From NCBI GenBank assembly GCA_963849325.1, contig CAWKHF010000012.1:480001-544000 (forward strand): 64,000 nt of DNA, read 5' to 3'. This document shows positions 53,950 through 64,000 of the stretch, in pieces. How positions within the stretch are numbered: the stretch's first letter is position 1; each line of letters starts with the position of its first letter. The position numbers were made by a program, and so were the translations under genes. The notes under the pieces were generated by a model that ran no database searches, was not told where the DNA came from, and saw only the letters and a list, made by a program, of their open reading frames with translations. Origin of the DNA: an uncultured Planctomycetota bacterium (GTDB taxonomy: Bacteria > Planctomycetota > Planctomycetia > Gemmatales > Gemmataceae).

Positions 53950-56229
53950 ATGAGGATCGCAGCCGAGGCGTGGTGGAAGCGCGGCTTACGGATGGGAGCA
54001 TTGGCCCTGGGGGCCTTGTTCGTGGCCGGTTCGCTGCAAGCCGCTGCTCCGGTGCCATCCAATCACGCGGCACAGATGACGCGCGGCCGCGAGCTGTTCG
54101 CCGCGCACGTCCGCGCCATCCTCCTGGACCGATGCGTCAAGTGCCACGGCGGCGAGAAGACTCGCGGGGGACTCGACCTGACCAGCCGCGAGGCGCTGCT
54201 CAAGGGTGGCGACAACGGTCCCGTCATCGTGCCGCACCAGGCCAGGGCCAGCCGTCTCTATCGGCTCGCCGCCCACCTGGACAAGCCGCACATGCCGCCC
54301 AAGGGCGATAAACTCTCCGAGCAGCAAGTGGCCCATCTCGCCGCCTGGATCGACCTCGGGGCGCCCTACGATCGTCCTCTTCTGAACAAGGCCGCGACCA
54401 GAAAGGCCATGATCGTCACTGACGAGGACCGCCAATTCTGGTCCTTCCAACCGCTCCAGCGGCCGATGCTGCCGAAGATCCGGAATGAGGCGTGGTGCCG
54501 GACGCCGATCGATCGCTTCATCGTGGCGAAGCTGGAAGAGAAAGATTTGACGCCCAATGCGGAGGCGGATAGACGCAAATTGATCCGGCGGGCGTACTTC
54601 GACCTGGTTGGCCTGCCACCGGCCCCGGAGGAGGTCGAGGCGTTTGTCCAAGATCCCTCGGCGGACGCCTACGATCAGCTGCTCGACCGCCTGCTGTCCA
54701 GCCCGCACTTCGGCGAACGCTGGGCGCGGCACTGGCTCGACATCGCCCGTTTCGCCGAGAGCCACGGTTACGAGCAGGACTACGACCGGCCCAACGCCTA
54801 TCCCTACCGCGATTTCGTCATCCGTGCCTTCAACCAGGACTTGCCTTACGACACCTTTGTTCGCTGGCAACTGGCTGGCGACGAAATCGAGCCGGACAAC
54901 CCGCTGGCCCTGACGGCGACCGGCTTCCTCGCCGCCGGCGTTCACAGCACGCAGATCACCAAAAACCAGGTCGAGAAGGAACGCTATGACGAGTTGGACG
55001 ACATGGCCCGCACCGTCGGCACGGCCATGCTCGGTCTGACGATCGGCTGTGCCCGCTGTCACGATCACAAGTACGACCCGATTCCGACGAAGGATTACTA
55101 TCGGCTGCTGTCCACGTTCACCCGGACGGTTCGCTCCGATTACGACATCGTTCCGGATAAATCGGACCCGAAAGGGGCGAAGATCAAGGCGCTGATTTGC
55201 AGCGAGGGAGTGCCGGCGGTGCGCACGCACACGCAGGGCGGCGACTTCCTGCAACACACGCACTTCCTTCATCGCGGCGACCCCAACCAGAAGGGCGACA
55301 TCGCCACCCCGGGCTTCCCGCAAGTGCTGCTGCGCAGCCCTGACGACGAAACGCGCTGGCAAATCAAGCCGCCGCCCGGCTGGCGAACCTCGTATCAGCG
55401 CCGCGCCCTGGCCGGCTGGATCACCGACGTCGAGCATGGCGCCGGTCATCTGCTGGCCCGCGTCATCGTCAATCGACTCTGGCAGCACCACCTCGGCCGA
55501 GGTATCGTCGCCACGCCCAGCGATTTCGGCTACCAGGGCGAGAGGCCGACGCACCCCGAACTGCTCGACTGGCTGGCGGCGGAATTGATCGCCAACGGCT
55601 GGCGCCTCAAGCCGATCCACAAGCTTATCATGCGGAGCGCCGTCTATCGGCAAGGTTCGCGGCTCGACCGGGAGCGGGCGCGCGCGGACGTGGACAATCG
55701 GCTGTATGGCCGCCGCGTGCCGCGGCGACTGGAGGCCGAGATCATCCGCGACTCCCTGCTCGCCGTCAGCGGCCGCCTCGATCCCCGCATGTTTGGCTCC
55801 GGTACGCTCGACCCGAACATGAAACGGCGCTCGATCTACTTCTTCATCAAGCGCAGCAAACTCATCCCGACGATGGTGCTCTTCGACGGACCCGACTCGC
55901 TGCAAGGCGTCGAGCAGCGCACGACGACGACCATCGCGCCACAGGCGCTGTTGCTCATGAACAACGCCCTGGTCCGCGGCTGTGCCGAGGGTCTCGCCCA
56001 GCGCATCAGCCCTTCGGCCGGCGTGAAAGTAAAGGACGCCCTGCGTTCCGGCTATGCTATCGCCCTGGGCCGAACGCCCTCGAAGAGAGAGCTGAGCGAA
56101 TCCATCCAGTTCGTCACCGAGCAGATGGCGTCCTATCAAGCCGAGGGCAAAGCCGAGCCGCGGCGCTTGGCGTTGACGGACTTCTGCCAGGTGCTGATGG
56201 AACTCAACGAATTCGTCTACGTCGATTGA
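53950..56229 (+). CDS. Planctomycete cytochrome c plus DUF1549/DUF1553 (PSD1) protein
   Basis: Motifs CVKCHG, GERWARHWLD, CARCHDHKYDP, ARVIVNRLW and PTHPELLDWLA; start position uncertain. Confidence 0.92.
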   Translation: MRIAAEAWWKRGLRMGALALGALFVAGSLQAAAPVPSNHAAQMTRGRELFAAHVRAILLDRCVKCHGGEKTRGGLDLTSREALLKGGDNGPVIVPHQARASRLYRLAAHLDKPHMPPKGDKLSEQQVAHLAAWIDLGAPYDRPLLNKAATRKAMIVTDEDRQFWSFQPLQRPMLPKIRNEAWCRTPIDRFIVAKLEEKDLTPNAEADRRKLIRRAYFDLVGLPPAPEEVEAFVQDPSADAYDQLLDRLLSSPHFGERWARHWLDIARFAESHGYEQDYDRPNAYPYRDFVIRAFNQDLPYDTFVRWQLAGDEIEPDNPLALTATGFLAAGVHSTQITKNQVEKERYDELDDMARTVGTAMLGLTIGCARCHDHKYDPIPTKDYYRLLSTFTRTVRSDYDIVPDKSDPKGAKIKALICSEGVPAVRTHTQGGDFLQHTHFLHRGDPNQKGDIATPGFPQVLLRSPDDETRWQIKPPPGWRTSYQRRALAGWITDVEHGAGHLLARVIVNRLWQHHLGRGIVATPSDFGYQGERPTHPELLDWLAAELIANGWRLKPIHKLIMRSAVYRQGSRLDRERARADVDNRLYGRRVPRRLEAEIIRDSLLAVSGRLDPRMFGSGTLDPNMKRRSIYFFIKRSKLIPTMVLFDGPDSLQGVEQRTTTTIAPQALLLMNNALVRGCAEGLAQRISPSAGVKVKDALRSGYAIALGRTPSKRELSESIQFVTEQMASYQAEGKAEPRRLALTDFCQVLMELNEFVYVD

Positions 56230-56247
56230 CCCGCGAGGGGATGCCTC

Positions 56248-56980
56248 ATGCCGCTGCTCGATCACTTTCATCCGCCGTTGCAACTCCAGTATCCCTGGGA
56301 CTCGTTCCATTCCAGCTGGGCGACCCGGCTGGCCGATGCGCTCAACGATGAGTGGCTGCCTCCCGAGTTTCTCGCCGTCGAACACACTCATGCCGGCACC
56401 CACCTGGAGATTGACGTCGCAACCCTGGAACGCTCGACGCCGCGTCCCGATACCTCGCCCAACGGCAGCGCAACCGCCACCTTGGCGAAGACGTGGGCGC
56501 CGCCGGCGCCGGCGCGCACCATGCCGGCCGTCTTCCCCGATACCTTTGAAGTGCGTGTCTTCTCGACGACCAGTGGTCTCACGCTCGTGGGCGCGATCGA
56601 GTTGATAAGCCCTTCCAACAAGGACCGGGCGGACGAGCGGCGCAGCGTTCGCCACCAAATGCGCCAGCTATCTTCATCAAGGCATCAGTCTCGTGATCCT
56701 CGATATCGTGACGAATCGACGCGCCAACCTGCATAACGAGACGATGCGGTTGATGAATGCGGCCAACGAGATGGACCTTCCGGCGGCGGTGGAGTTGTAT
56801 GCAGTGGCGTACCGCCCTGTTCGACGTGAGGAACGGCCGGAAATAGATGTCTGGACCTCGACTGTCGCTATCGGCGCACCCTTGCCGGTCATGCCTTTGC
56901 GTTTGACCGGCGACCTGTTCGTTCCGGTCGATTTCGAGGCGACCTACCAGGAAGCGTGCCGGCGACGGCGGATCATCTGA
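56248..56980 (+). CDS. DUF4058 family protein (frameshift near 56645)
   Basis: Motifs MPLLDHFHPP, GAIELISPSNK and LPVMPLRL. Confidence 0.8.
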
Positions 56981-56992
56981 GACGAGACAGCC

Positions 56993-58477
56993 ATGACGAT
57001 CCCTCACCTGTTCGGAAACCCGTCTTCGTCCTTTCTCTCTCGCCGCGAGTTCTTCCGGCGTACCGGCAACGGCTTCGGCCTGCTCGCGCTGGCCGGGTTG
57101 ATGCAGCAACAAGGACTCCTCGCCGCCGCGCCGGATGCCGCCGACTTGCATCTGCATCCGCTGGCGCCGCGCGCCGGACACTTCTCCGGCAAGGCGAAAT
57201 CGGTCATCTGGCTGTTCATGAACGGCGGACCCAGCCAGGTCGATACCTGGGACTACAAGCCGGAACTGACGAAAGCGGACGGTAAGGAACTCAAGGGTTT
57301 CGACAAGGACACCGGCTTTTTCACCGACCAGGTCGGGCCTCTTATGAAGTCGCCGTTCGCCTGGAAACAGCACGGCCATTCCGGGACGTGGGTGCCGGAC
57401 ATCTTCCCGAACCTGGCCCGGCACGTCGATGACATCGCTTTCCTCCATTCCTGCTGGACCGAGACGAACAACCATTCGCCGGCCCTATTCCAGATCAACA
57501 CCGGCATGAGTCGCATGGGCTTCCCCTGTGTCGGTGCCTGGGTGACGTATGGCCTGGGCAGTGAAAACCAGAACTTGCCGGCGTTCGTGACGATGTACGA
57601 CACCCTCGGCCGCGGTCTGCCGAAAGGCCACGCACAGAACTGGGGCGCCGGCTTCCTGCCCGGCATCTACCAGGGCACGGCCCTCAATCCGCAGGGCGAG
57701 CCGATCGATAACCTGACGCGCGATCCGCGCCAGAGCGTCGCCCAGCAGCGCCGTCAGCTCGATCTGCTGCGCCGGCTCAACCAGGAACACCAGCAACAGC
57801 ACGAGGCCGATACGGAGCTAACTGCGCGCATCGAGAGCTTCGAGCTGGCCTACCGCATGCAGATGGCCGCGCCCGACGCCCTCGACATCCGCAAGGAGCC
57901 GGCGACGATTCACAAGTTGTACGGTCTGGATAATCCCCAATGCAAGCACTTCGCCAAGCAGTGCCTGATGGCGCGGCGGCTGGTGGAGCGCGGTGTGCGT
58001 TTCGTGCAGATCTACTCGGGCGGCATGGAGAACGAACGCAGCTGGGACGGCCACACCGACATCGCCGCCAATCACCGCCAGTTCGCCGGCGAGACGGACA
58101 TCCCCATCGCGGCCTTGCTGACGGACCTCAAGAATCGCGGCTTGCTGGCGGAAACGCTGGTGATCTGGGGCGGCGAGTTTGGGCGGCTGCCGGTGGCGCA
58201 GCGACCCAAGAACGGCAAGCAGACTGGACGCGATCACAACCCCCACGCCTTCACCACCTGGTTCGCCGGCGGCGGCGTCAAGGGCGGCGTTCACTACGGC
58301 GAAACCGACGAGATCGGCCACAAGGCCGCCGTCGATCGCGTGTCGGTCCACGACCTGCACGCCACCATCCTGCACCTGCTCGGGTTGGACCACACGCGCC
58401 TGACCTATCGCTACAACGGCCGAAACTTCCGCCTGACCGACGTGTACGGCGAGGTCGTCCAGAAGATCCTTGCTTGA
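56993..58477 (+). CDS. DUF1501 domain protein
   Basis: Tat motif SRREFF; GGPSQVDTWDYKP, ARRLVERGVRFV, GEFGR and GRDHN. Confidence 0.93.
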   Translation: MTIPHLFGNPSSSFLSRREFFRRTGNGFGLLALAGLMQQQGLLAAAPDAADLHLHPLAPRAGHFSGKAKSVIWLFMNGGPSQVDTWDYKPELTKADGKELKGFDKDTGFFTDQVGPLMKSPFAWKQHGHSGTWVPDIFPNLARHVDDIAFLHSCWTETNNHSPALFQINTGMSRMGFPCVGAWVTYGLGSENQNLPAFVTMYDTLGRGLPKGHAQNWGAGFLPGIYQGTALNPQGEPIDNLTRDPRQSVAQQRRQLDLLRRLNQEHQQQHEADTELTARIESFELAYRMQMAAPDALDIRKEPATIHKLYGLDNPQCKHFAKQCLMARRLVERGVRFVQIYSGGMENERSWDGHTDIAANHRQFAGETDIPIAALLTDLKNRGLLAETLVIWGGEFGRLPVAQRPKNGKQTGRDHNPHAFTTWFAGGGVKGGVHYGETDEIGHKAAVDRVSVHDLHATILHLLGLDHTRLTYRYNGRNFRLTDVYGEVVQKILA

Positions 58478-58502
58478 GCGGCTATTCCCCAGCCCATTTC
58501 CT

Positions 58503-58542
58503 GTTTAGCCGCGACGCGCTCCGCTGCGCGTCGCGGCTAAAC
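58503..58542. terminator. Family B palindrome between convergent genes
   Basis: GTTTAGCCGCGACGCGC...GCGCGTCGCGGCTAAAC. Confidence 0.8.
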
Positions 58543-58567
58543 GAAGGTATTCCTGGGGCGATCTTAT

Positions 58568-60129
58568 TTAATTGGAGACGTTGGCCTTCTGCGCCCGACT
58601 GTGCCATTCGTCGAGCAGTCGGCCAATATCGCGGTAGGAAAAGTCGATATTGGCCAACTCGGTGGCCACGTCGATGGCCTTGGACAGCTCGTTGGCCTCG
58701 GCCGAGCCGACGGCCAACTCGTAAAGGACTTCCTTACGGTGGGTCGTCTCGCCGGCCGGCAAGTTCTTCAGAGCTTCCTCGAAATTACGCTCCGCCAATC
58801 GCCAGTTGTTGCGGGCCTTGAAGCAGTGGCCCAGCTGGGACAACGACTGCCAGCGGTAGCGCGGATCGGCGCGCGACGCTTGCAGCTCGCGGATGGCCTC
58901 ATCAATCTGTCCGGCGCGATGCAGACGGACGCCGACTTCGTATCGATGGCTCATCTCGGTCGGATAGCGGTCGGCCTTCTGACGGTGCATGTCCAGTTCG
59001 CGCGTGTTGATCTCCTTGCGCAGACGGGCGCGGAGGCGGCGTAGTTCGGCATTCTCCGGATCGGCCTTGAGCTTCTCCTCGGTGATGGTCAGGTTACGGC
59101 GGAACGGCTCGACATCGATGTCGGCCAGCTCCAGGCTCAGCTCGAAGGAGTTCCCGGTCGGTCCGAGACCTTCCTGCAAGGCCGCGCGTGCCCGCTCCAG
59201 GTCGTTGCCGCGACGGTAGACGGCGGCCAATTGCAGATACAAATAGGGGCTGGTCGGATCGTCCCGGAGACGAGCGCGCAACGGGGCGGCTTCGCGTTCG
59301 AGGCGATCTTGGAGGACGGCGTTGCCGGCTGCATTATTCGTCGGGGCAGGTTTGGGCTTGGGCGCGGCGTTCTGCGTCGGCGGCGGAGGCGTCTGCCCGG
59401 TCTGCATCCACCACGACGCCGCGGGCATTTGTTCCGTGCTGTCTTTCTTCCTCGGACCCTCGCTCTCCGCGGGGGCCGGGTCGGTCGTCGTCCCGGCGGC
59501 GGGCTTGACGACCGACTGGTACTGACCGCGGGCGATGGTGTCGTCGGCCGCCAGGCCGCGGATCTTATGCTGCGCTTCGGGGTCGGTCGGCCGGGCCTTG
59601 TGGATCAGCTCCCACAGGGCGATGGCCTGGGTGAAGTTGCCACGCTTCTCGTACAGGTGGGCCAGGGCGCGGTTGACGGCCACGTCGAACGCCTGCTTCT
59701 GCCGGGCTTGCTCCAGGTTCCAGATGGCCAGGTCGAGCAGACCGAGGACGTCGGCGGCCTCGGACATGTCCATCTGGGCGGCCACGTCCCAGGGATTGCG
59801 CGTGAGCAGACGCTCGCCGTGCTCCAGCGCCTTCAGATAATCGCCGGGCGCAGGGCAGCCTTCAAACGGGCACGGATCGGCCAGGTCGTCAGCCAGGCGA
59901 ACAGGCTGCCGCGCAGGTTGTTGCGATACTTGGCCTTCTCGGTGCGGCGCAGGGCCTGCCGATAGAGGAGATTGCCGGGATCGAGCTTGCAGCAGCTGAG
60001 CAGCAGGCGGATACCGTAGTCGTAATGGCCCGTGGCCACCACCTGGTTGGCGCGCTCGAACTGTCCGGCGGCGACGCGGCGGTGTTCGGGATTGACCGGG
60101 AGCAGGATCGCAGCCTTGGCCTTCGTCAT
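58568..60129 (-). CDS. Tetratricopeptide repeat protein (frameshift near 59845)
   Basis: TPR-like helices; C-terminal DFSYRDI motif. Confidence 0.82.
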
Positions 60130-60224
60130 CGAAGTTCCCCGTCTCGTGAAATCCGCCCGCACTCTGCAAATTATCACAGTACCACAGTCACGGCGACCGT
60201 CAAGAAACTATTTCCCCAGCCGAT

Positions 60225-60839
60225 TCACGCGCCACGAAAATGCGGCGCCAGGGCCTCGCGCATGAGTTGGCGGGAACGGTGCAGACGGCTCTTGATGGCC
60301 GGCAGGCTGAGGCCGAGCCGTTGGGCGATGACGGCGTTGGGCAAGCCTTCGACATCGGCCAGCACAAAGACGTTGCGATAGATCGGCGGTAGGCCGGCGA
60401 TGGCCCGCTCGATCAGGGCTTGCGTCTCGCGGCTGAGTAACTGCGCCTCGGGGGTGGAAGCGCCATCCCAGCCGGCTGCGGGGGCCGCCTCGCCGGCGAC
60501 GACCCGGTCGAACGGGTCGCGGCAGCGGCGCTCCTCGCGCACGGCTCGTTTGCGGCGGTGCGACAGGGCCGTGTTGACGGTGACGCGATGCAGCCAGGTC
60601 GGTAAGGCCGACTCGCCCCGAAAGGTGGGCAGTTTGCATACCACCTGGAGCAGCACGTCCTGCGTCACGTCCTCGGCGTCATCCTCACTGCGGACCATGC
60701 GCCGCGCGACGCGGTAGACGCGCGGTGCGTACGCATGGTAAACCTGCTCCGCGGACAGAGAGGCCGGTTGGGCCGAGACGGGACAAACATCCGGAAGGGC
60801 CGGCCGGCCGCCGGCCCCACTTCCACGAGAGGCATCCAT
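60225..60839 (-). CDS. ECF RNA polymerase sigma factor
   Basis: Motifs DAEDVTQDV, TWLHRVTVN and IKSRLHRSR. Confidence 0.9.
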   Translation of the reverse strand: MDASRGSGAGGRPALPDVCPVSAQPASLSAEQVYHAYAPRVYRVARRMVRSEDDAEDVTQDVLLQVVCKLPTFRGESALPTWLHRVTVNTALSHRRKRAVREERRCRDPFDRVVAGEAAPAAGWDGASTPEAQLLSRETQALIERAIAGLPPIYRNVFVLADVEGLPNAVIAQRLGLSLPAIKSRLHRSRQLMREALAPHFRGA

Positions 60840-60989
60840 GTTGTATCCCCTCTCCCAAGAGGGGCCATCATCTGCGCGTTTTTTCTTTTCTTCTCTATCC
60901 TTCACCATAGGGCGCACCCCACTCGCCGACAAGAGAGGATGTACGAAGGTTCTCTATCCGCTGTCTCCATCCCGCAAAGCGAGAGATCC

Positions 60990-61661
60990 ATGACCCAACG
61001 GCAAGTACAACCCGCGGCGGACTTCCGGGCCGTCCTCTTCGATTTCGACGGCACTCTGGGCGACAGCTATCCGGCCATCACGGCCAGCGTCAACCACGTC
61101 CGCAGCCAGCACGGCCTACCGCCGTTGAGCGAGCCGGAAGTGCGGCGTCACGTCGGCCGCGGCGCGGGATACTTGCTCTCTCACACCGTCCCGGCGGGCG
61201 CGGTGGAGGCGAACATCGAAGCGTATCGGGCGCATCATCCTTCGGTTCTGCGCAGCGGCACGCGCTTGCTGCCGGGCGCGGCGGAGGCGCTGCGGACGCT
61301 GCACGCGCGCGGCCTGCGGCTGGGGATATGCAGCAACAAGCCGGTCCTGTTCACGCGGGAACTGGTCGGGTATCTCGGTGTGGCGTCGTACCTCGATCTC
61401 ATTCTCGGCCCGGAGGACGTGGCGCGACCCAAGCCGGCCCCCGACATGCTGCAAACCGCCCTGTCGCGTCTCCAGGTGGCGGCGGCCGAGACGCTGTACG
61501 TCGGCGACATGGTCGTGGACATCCAGACGGCGCGGGCGGCCGGCGTTCCCGTCTGGGTGGTGCCCACCGGCTCGGACGAGATCGAGACACTGAAGCGAGG
61601 GCAACCGAATCGACTCTTGCGGGACCTCGATGAACTGCGCGGCCTCCTGATCGGCCCGTGA
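60990..61661 (+). CDS. HAD hydrolase (phosphoglycolate phosphatase-like)
   Basis: Motifs FDFDGTL, SNK, KPAP and VGD..VD. Confidence 0.9.
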   Translation: MTQRQVQPAADFRAVLFDFDGTLGDSYPAITASVNHVRSQHGLPPLSEPEVRRHVGRGAGYLLSHTVPAGAVEANIEAYRAHHPSVLRSGTRLLPGAAEALRTLHARGLRLGICSNKPVLFTRELVGYLGVASYLDLILGPEDVARPKPAPDMLQTALSRLQVAAAETLYVGDMVVDIQTARAAGVPVWVVPTGSDEIETLKRGQPNRLLRDLDELRGLLIGP

Positions 61662-61698
61662 CCGCGCGAGAAAGACAACAGGCACTAGCAGAATGACT

Positions 61699-61756
61699 CA
61701 CAAGCCCGCAGCGTCCGCGACGGGTTCTTAGCCGTCGCGGACGCTGCGGGCTTGTG
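61699..61756. repeat. REP-like palindrome (family C)
   Basis: 25-bp perfect arms. Confidence 0.85.
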
Positions 61757-61859
61757 GGCAAAAAGTTCGTGCATCGAATGCTCCTGGACAGCGGCGCAAG
61801 GGTGTCATACCTCTTTCTGAGGTTTCCGGTTTCGACTTCCCGCCTGTAGGGCCTCGATC

Positions 61860-62597
61860 GTGGAGCCATCCACCCTTCCGGTGCTGGCAGTGATCTTCCT
61901 GGCGACGACGATTCGTTCGACCTTCGGCTTTGGCGAAGCCCTGGTGGCGATGCCCTTGCTCGTCTTTGTCATCCCCGTGCCGGTGGCGACGCCGTTGGTC
62001 GCGCTGCTCTCCATCACCGTCGCGGCCGTGGTCATCGCCGAGGATTGGCGCAAGGTCCATTTCCGCAGCGCCGGCTGGCTCGTCCTGTCCGCCTTGTGCG
62101 GCATCCCGTTCGGCCTACTCCTGTTAATCTCCGCCGACGAACGCATCGTCAAGCTGGTCCTGGCGACGGTGATCCTCGCCTTCTCGATCGGTTGCTTATG
62201 CGGTCTTTGGCGCTTCGAGCTGAAAAGCGAACGTCTGACGTGGGTGCTGGGGTTCGGCTTCTTCTCGGGAGTTCTGGGCGGCGCCTACAACATGAACGGG
62301 CCACCTCTGGTGATCTACGGCATGTTGCGGCGCTGGTCCAGCGAGCGCTTTCGCGCCACGCTGCAAGGCTATTTTCTGCCGGCCAGCCTGGTTGGCTTGT
62401 ACGGCTACTGGGCGGCCGGTCTGTGGGTGCCGGCCGTGACACACTATTATCTCACGTCCTTACCGCTGGTGCTGGCGGCCATTTTCCTCGGCCGGACGAT
62501 CAATCGTCGTATGAAAGAGCAATCATTCGTTCGTTACGTCCACATCGGCCTGGTGATGGTGGGGGCCACGCTCTTGATTCAATCGTTGGCGCGATGA
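61860..62597 (+). CDS. Sulfite exporter TauE/SafE family membrane protein
   Basis: Motifs FGFGEAL and GGAYNMNGPP; about 8 TM helices. Confidence 0.88.
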   Translation: MEPSTLPVLAVIFLATTIRSTFGFGEALVAMPLLVFVIPVPVATPLVALLSITVAAVVIAEDWRKVHFRSAGWLVLSALCGIPFGLLLLISADERIVKLVLATVILAFSIGCLCGLWRFELKSERLTWVLGFGFFSGVLGGAYNMNGPPLVIYGMLRRWSSERFRATLQGYFLPASLVGLYGYWAAGLWVPAVTHYYLTSLPLVLAAIFLGRTINRRMKEQSFVRYVHIGLVMVGATLLIQSLAR

Positions 62598-62603
62598 GGT
62601 CAT

Positions 62604-62664
62604 CTATCCGAGCCTGAAGCGTCAGCGAAGGAATCCCCTTCGCTAACGCTTCAGGCTCGGATAG
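62604..62664. repeat. Family A REP palindrome between convergent genes
   Basis: 28-bp arms; the right arm encodes the last codons and the stop (YPSLKR*) of the minus-strand gene. Confidence 0.9.
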
Positions 62665-64000
62665 GAGCGCCAGCCGGGAGGCGAGGGCAACAGATGGCCC
62701 ACCACGACCGCCCGATCCGGTGACGGGTGCCGATTGCGGTCCATGGAGATGACCCCCAATTCTTCCCAGGCGAACGGCAAGGTCGGCCGCCAGCCGGCAT
62801 CGCTATCGAAGCAAAAGTAGAAATCGTCTCGACTCAATAGGTCGCCGCCATGGACCACCGGCGAGAAGGGGTCGATCGGCCCTCCATAGTAATAGGCGAA
62901 AAGGGTGTCAATGGGACCGATACTGACAAGTCGTTGTTGCGGAGGCAATTGTTCTTTCAATCGAGCTACCGCCGTCGCCTGGTCTTCACTCCGCCGGATA
63001 CGGACGTTGGTCAGGATGCCGGTGAAGGTCAAGACCATGAAACAGGCCACCGCGAGGACCACCATGCGCATCCGCACCGGGTCGCCACCCTGCCGGCCCT
63101 TGAGGGTGAGGACGGCCAATCCCGCCGCGGCCACGGCATAAGCAAGGGCGAGCGGCCAGCGCTCGGCCCACGGGCCGAAATACGGATGATCGCGCAGGAA
63201 CATGGCGGCGACAAGGACCGCCAACCCCGCGAAGGCCATGACTCCAGTGAGGAGCCAGGCAAACCCTCGCCAGCCCGCCCGCATGCCGGCCGGCAGCTCC
63301 GCGCACATGCAGCCCTGCACCACGATACCGATCATCACGGCCAGGCACGGATACAGCGGAGCGAAATAGCGTGTTTGGGCCTCGGGTGGGATCCAGCAGG
63401 TCGGGAAGGCGGTCGCCAGACAGAGCGTCAGGAACAGCGTCTGGGGACGGGCATCCCCGAGCGCTCGCCGCAGATCGCGGCTGGCGAAGCCGAACAGGAA
63501 AAGCGACCACGGCAACGTCGATCCCAGCACCTCGATCGGGAATTGTAGTAAATGTCTCGCCACATCCAGCACTTTCCAGTCTCGAAAGCGTCCGGTCGTG
63601 TCGTTCATGAAGATGGCCCACACTTCGGGCCAGCTCGTTCGCAGGGCACAAGGGACCAACCACGCCCAAACGAGCGCCGCACCGACCGCGGCCCCCGTCA
63701 GGTGGGGCAGACGGAATAGACGACGGACCTGTCCGGTCCAGAAAAGATAAAGGCTCACCGGCAGCAGGAAATAGACCGGCGGTTGCGGTCCCTTGCACAG
63801 AATGGCCAGGCCGACCAGGACATAGCTGGCAATCCATGTCCGGGTCTCTGGCCAACCGCGCAGCTGGCCCCAGTGCCACAGGAGCAGGGAGGCGCTGACC
63901 AGGCTGATGAAAATCATTTCCGTTTCGGCCTGGCAGCCGGTCGTGAACATCTCGCCAAAGGTGACGAAGGCGAGGGCGCTCGCCAGGGCACCCGCGCGCG
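62643..64000 (-). CDS. ArnT/PMT-family (GT-C) membrane glycosyltransferase, 5'-truncated by the window edge
   Basis: Polytopic membrane protein with LAILCKGP, LPWS and RYFAPLYP motifs. Confidence 0.8.
   Translation of the reverse strand, partial: RAGALASALAFVTFGEMFTTGCQAETEMIFISLVSASLLLWHWGQLRGWPETRTWIASYVLVGLAILCKGPQPPVYFLLPVSLYLFWTGQVRRLFRLPHLTGAAVGAALVWAWLVPCALRTSWPEVWAIFMNDTTGRFRDWKVLDVARHLLQFPIEVLGSTLPWSLFLFGFASRDLRRALGDARPQTLFLTLCLATAFPTCWIPPEAQTRYFAPLYPCLAVMIGIVVQGCMCAELPAGMRAGWRGFAWLLTGVMAFAGLAVLVAAMFLRDHPYFGPWAERWPLALAYAVAAAGLAVLTLKGRQGGDPVRMRMVVLAVACFMVLTFTGILTNVRIRRSEDQATAVARLKEQLPPQQRLVSIGPIDTLFAYYYGGPIDPFSPVVHGGDLLSRDDFYFCFDSDAGWRPTLPFAWEELGVISMDRNRHPSPDRAVVVGHLLPSPPGWRSYPSLKR

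Noticed and set aside
53986-56658. Long antisense ORFs (also 20531-23200, 1705-3306, 34928-36838, 10019-12016)
   Set aside because: These are shadow ORFs opposite well-supported genes, expected at high GC; they carry no recognisable motifs.

Overview
GC-rich bacterial chromosomal window, almost certainly a planctomycete (Gemmataceae-like). The markers are two DUF1501 genes, a DUF1549/DUF1553 cytochrome c gene, DUF4058, a CRTAC1/ASPIC-UnbV gene, an ECF sigma-WD40 fusion and CHAT-TPR. Housekeeping content includes lpxB, a nucleotide-sugar operon (rfbB-gmd-rmd-like-ugd), yidC-VWA-mnmE, dnaA, a ROK kinase and an S41 protease. Many genes, including essential ones, carry single-base frameshifts that are most likely long-read assembly errors. 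Accessory content includes a VapBC-type TA pair, a MenA1/MenT1-like nucleotidyltransferase TA pair, a three-gene methylase/nuclease island, Uma2-like nucleases and many REP-like palindromes and short tandem repeats. The strongest observations are: (1) a REP palindrome directly behind the dnaA stop codon whose loop holds a ~92% identical inverted copy of part of the next gene, i.e. a candidate stem-clamped antisense RNA; (2) a bacterial homolog of HPF1, the eukaryotic PARP1 serine-ADP-ribosylation cofactor, apparently retaining the catalytic Glu; (3) a 150-bp MITE inserted in frame with a target duplication; (4) an apparently catalytically dead subtilase with a slippage-prone octamer repeat in its signal peptide. 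Family assignments come from motif recognition and remembered reference sequences, not from database searches.
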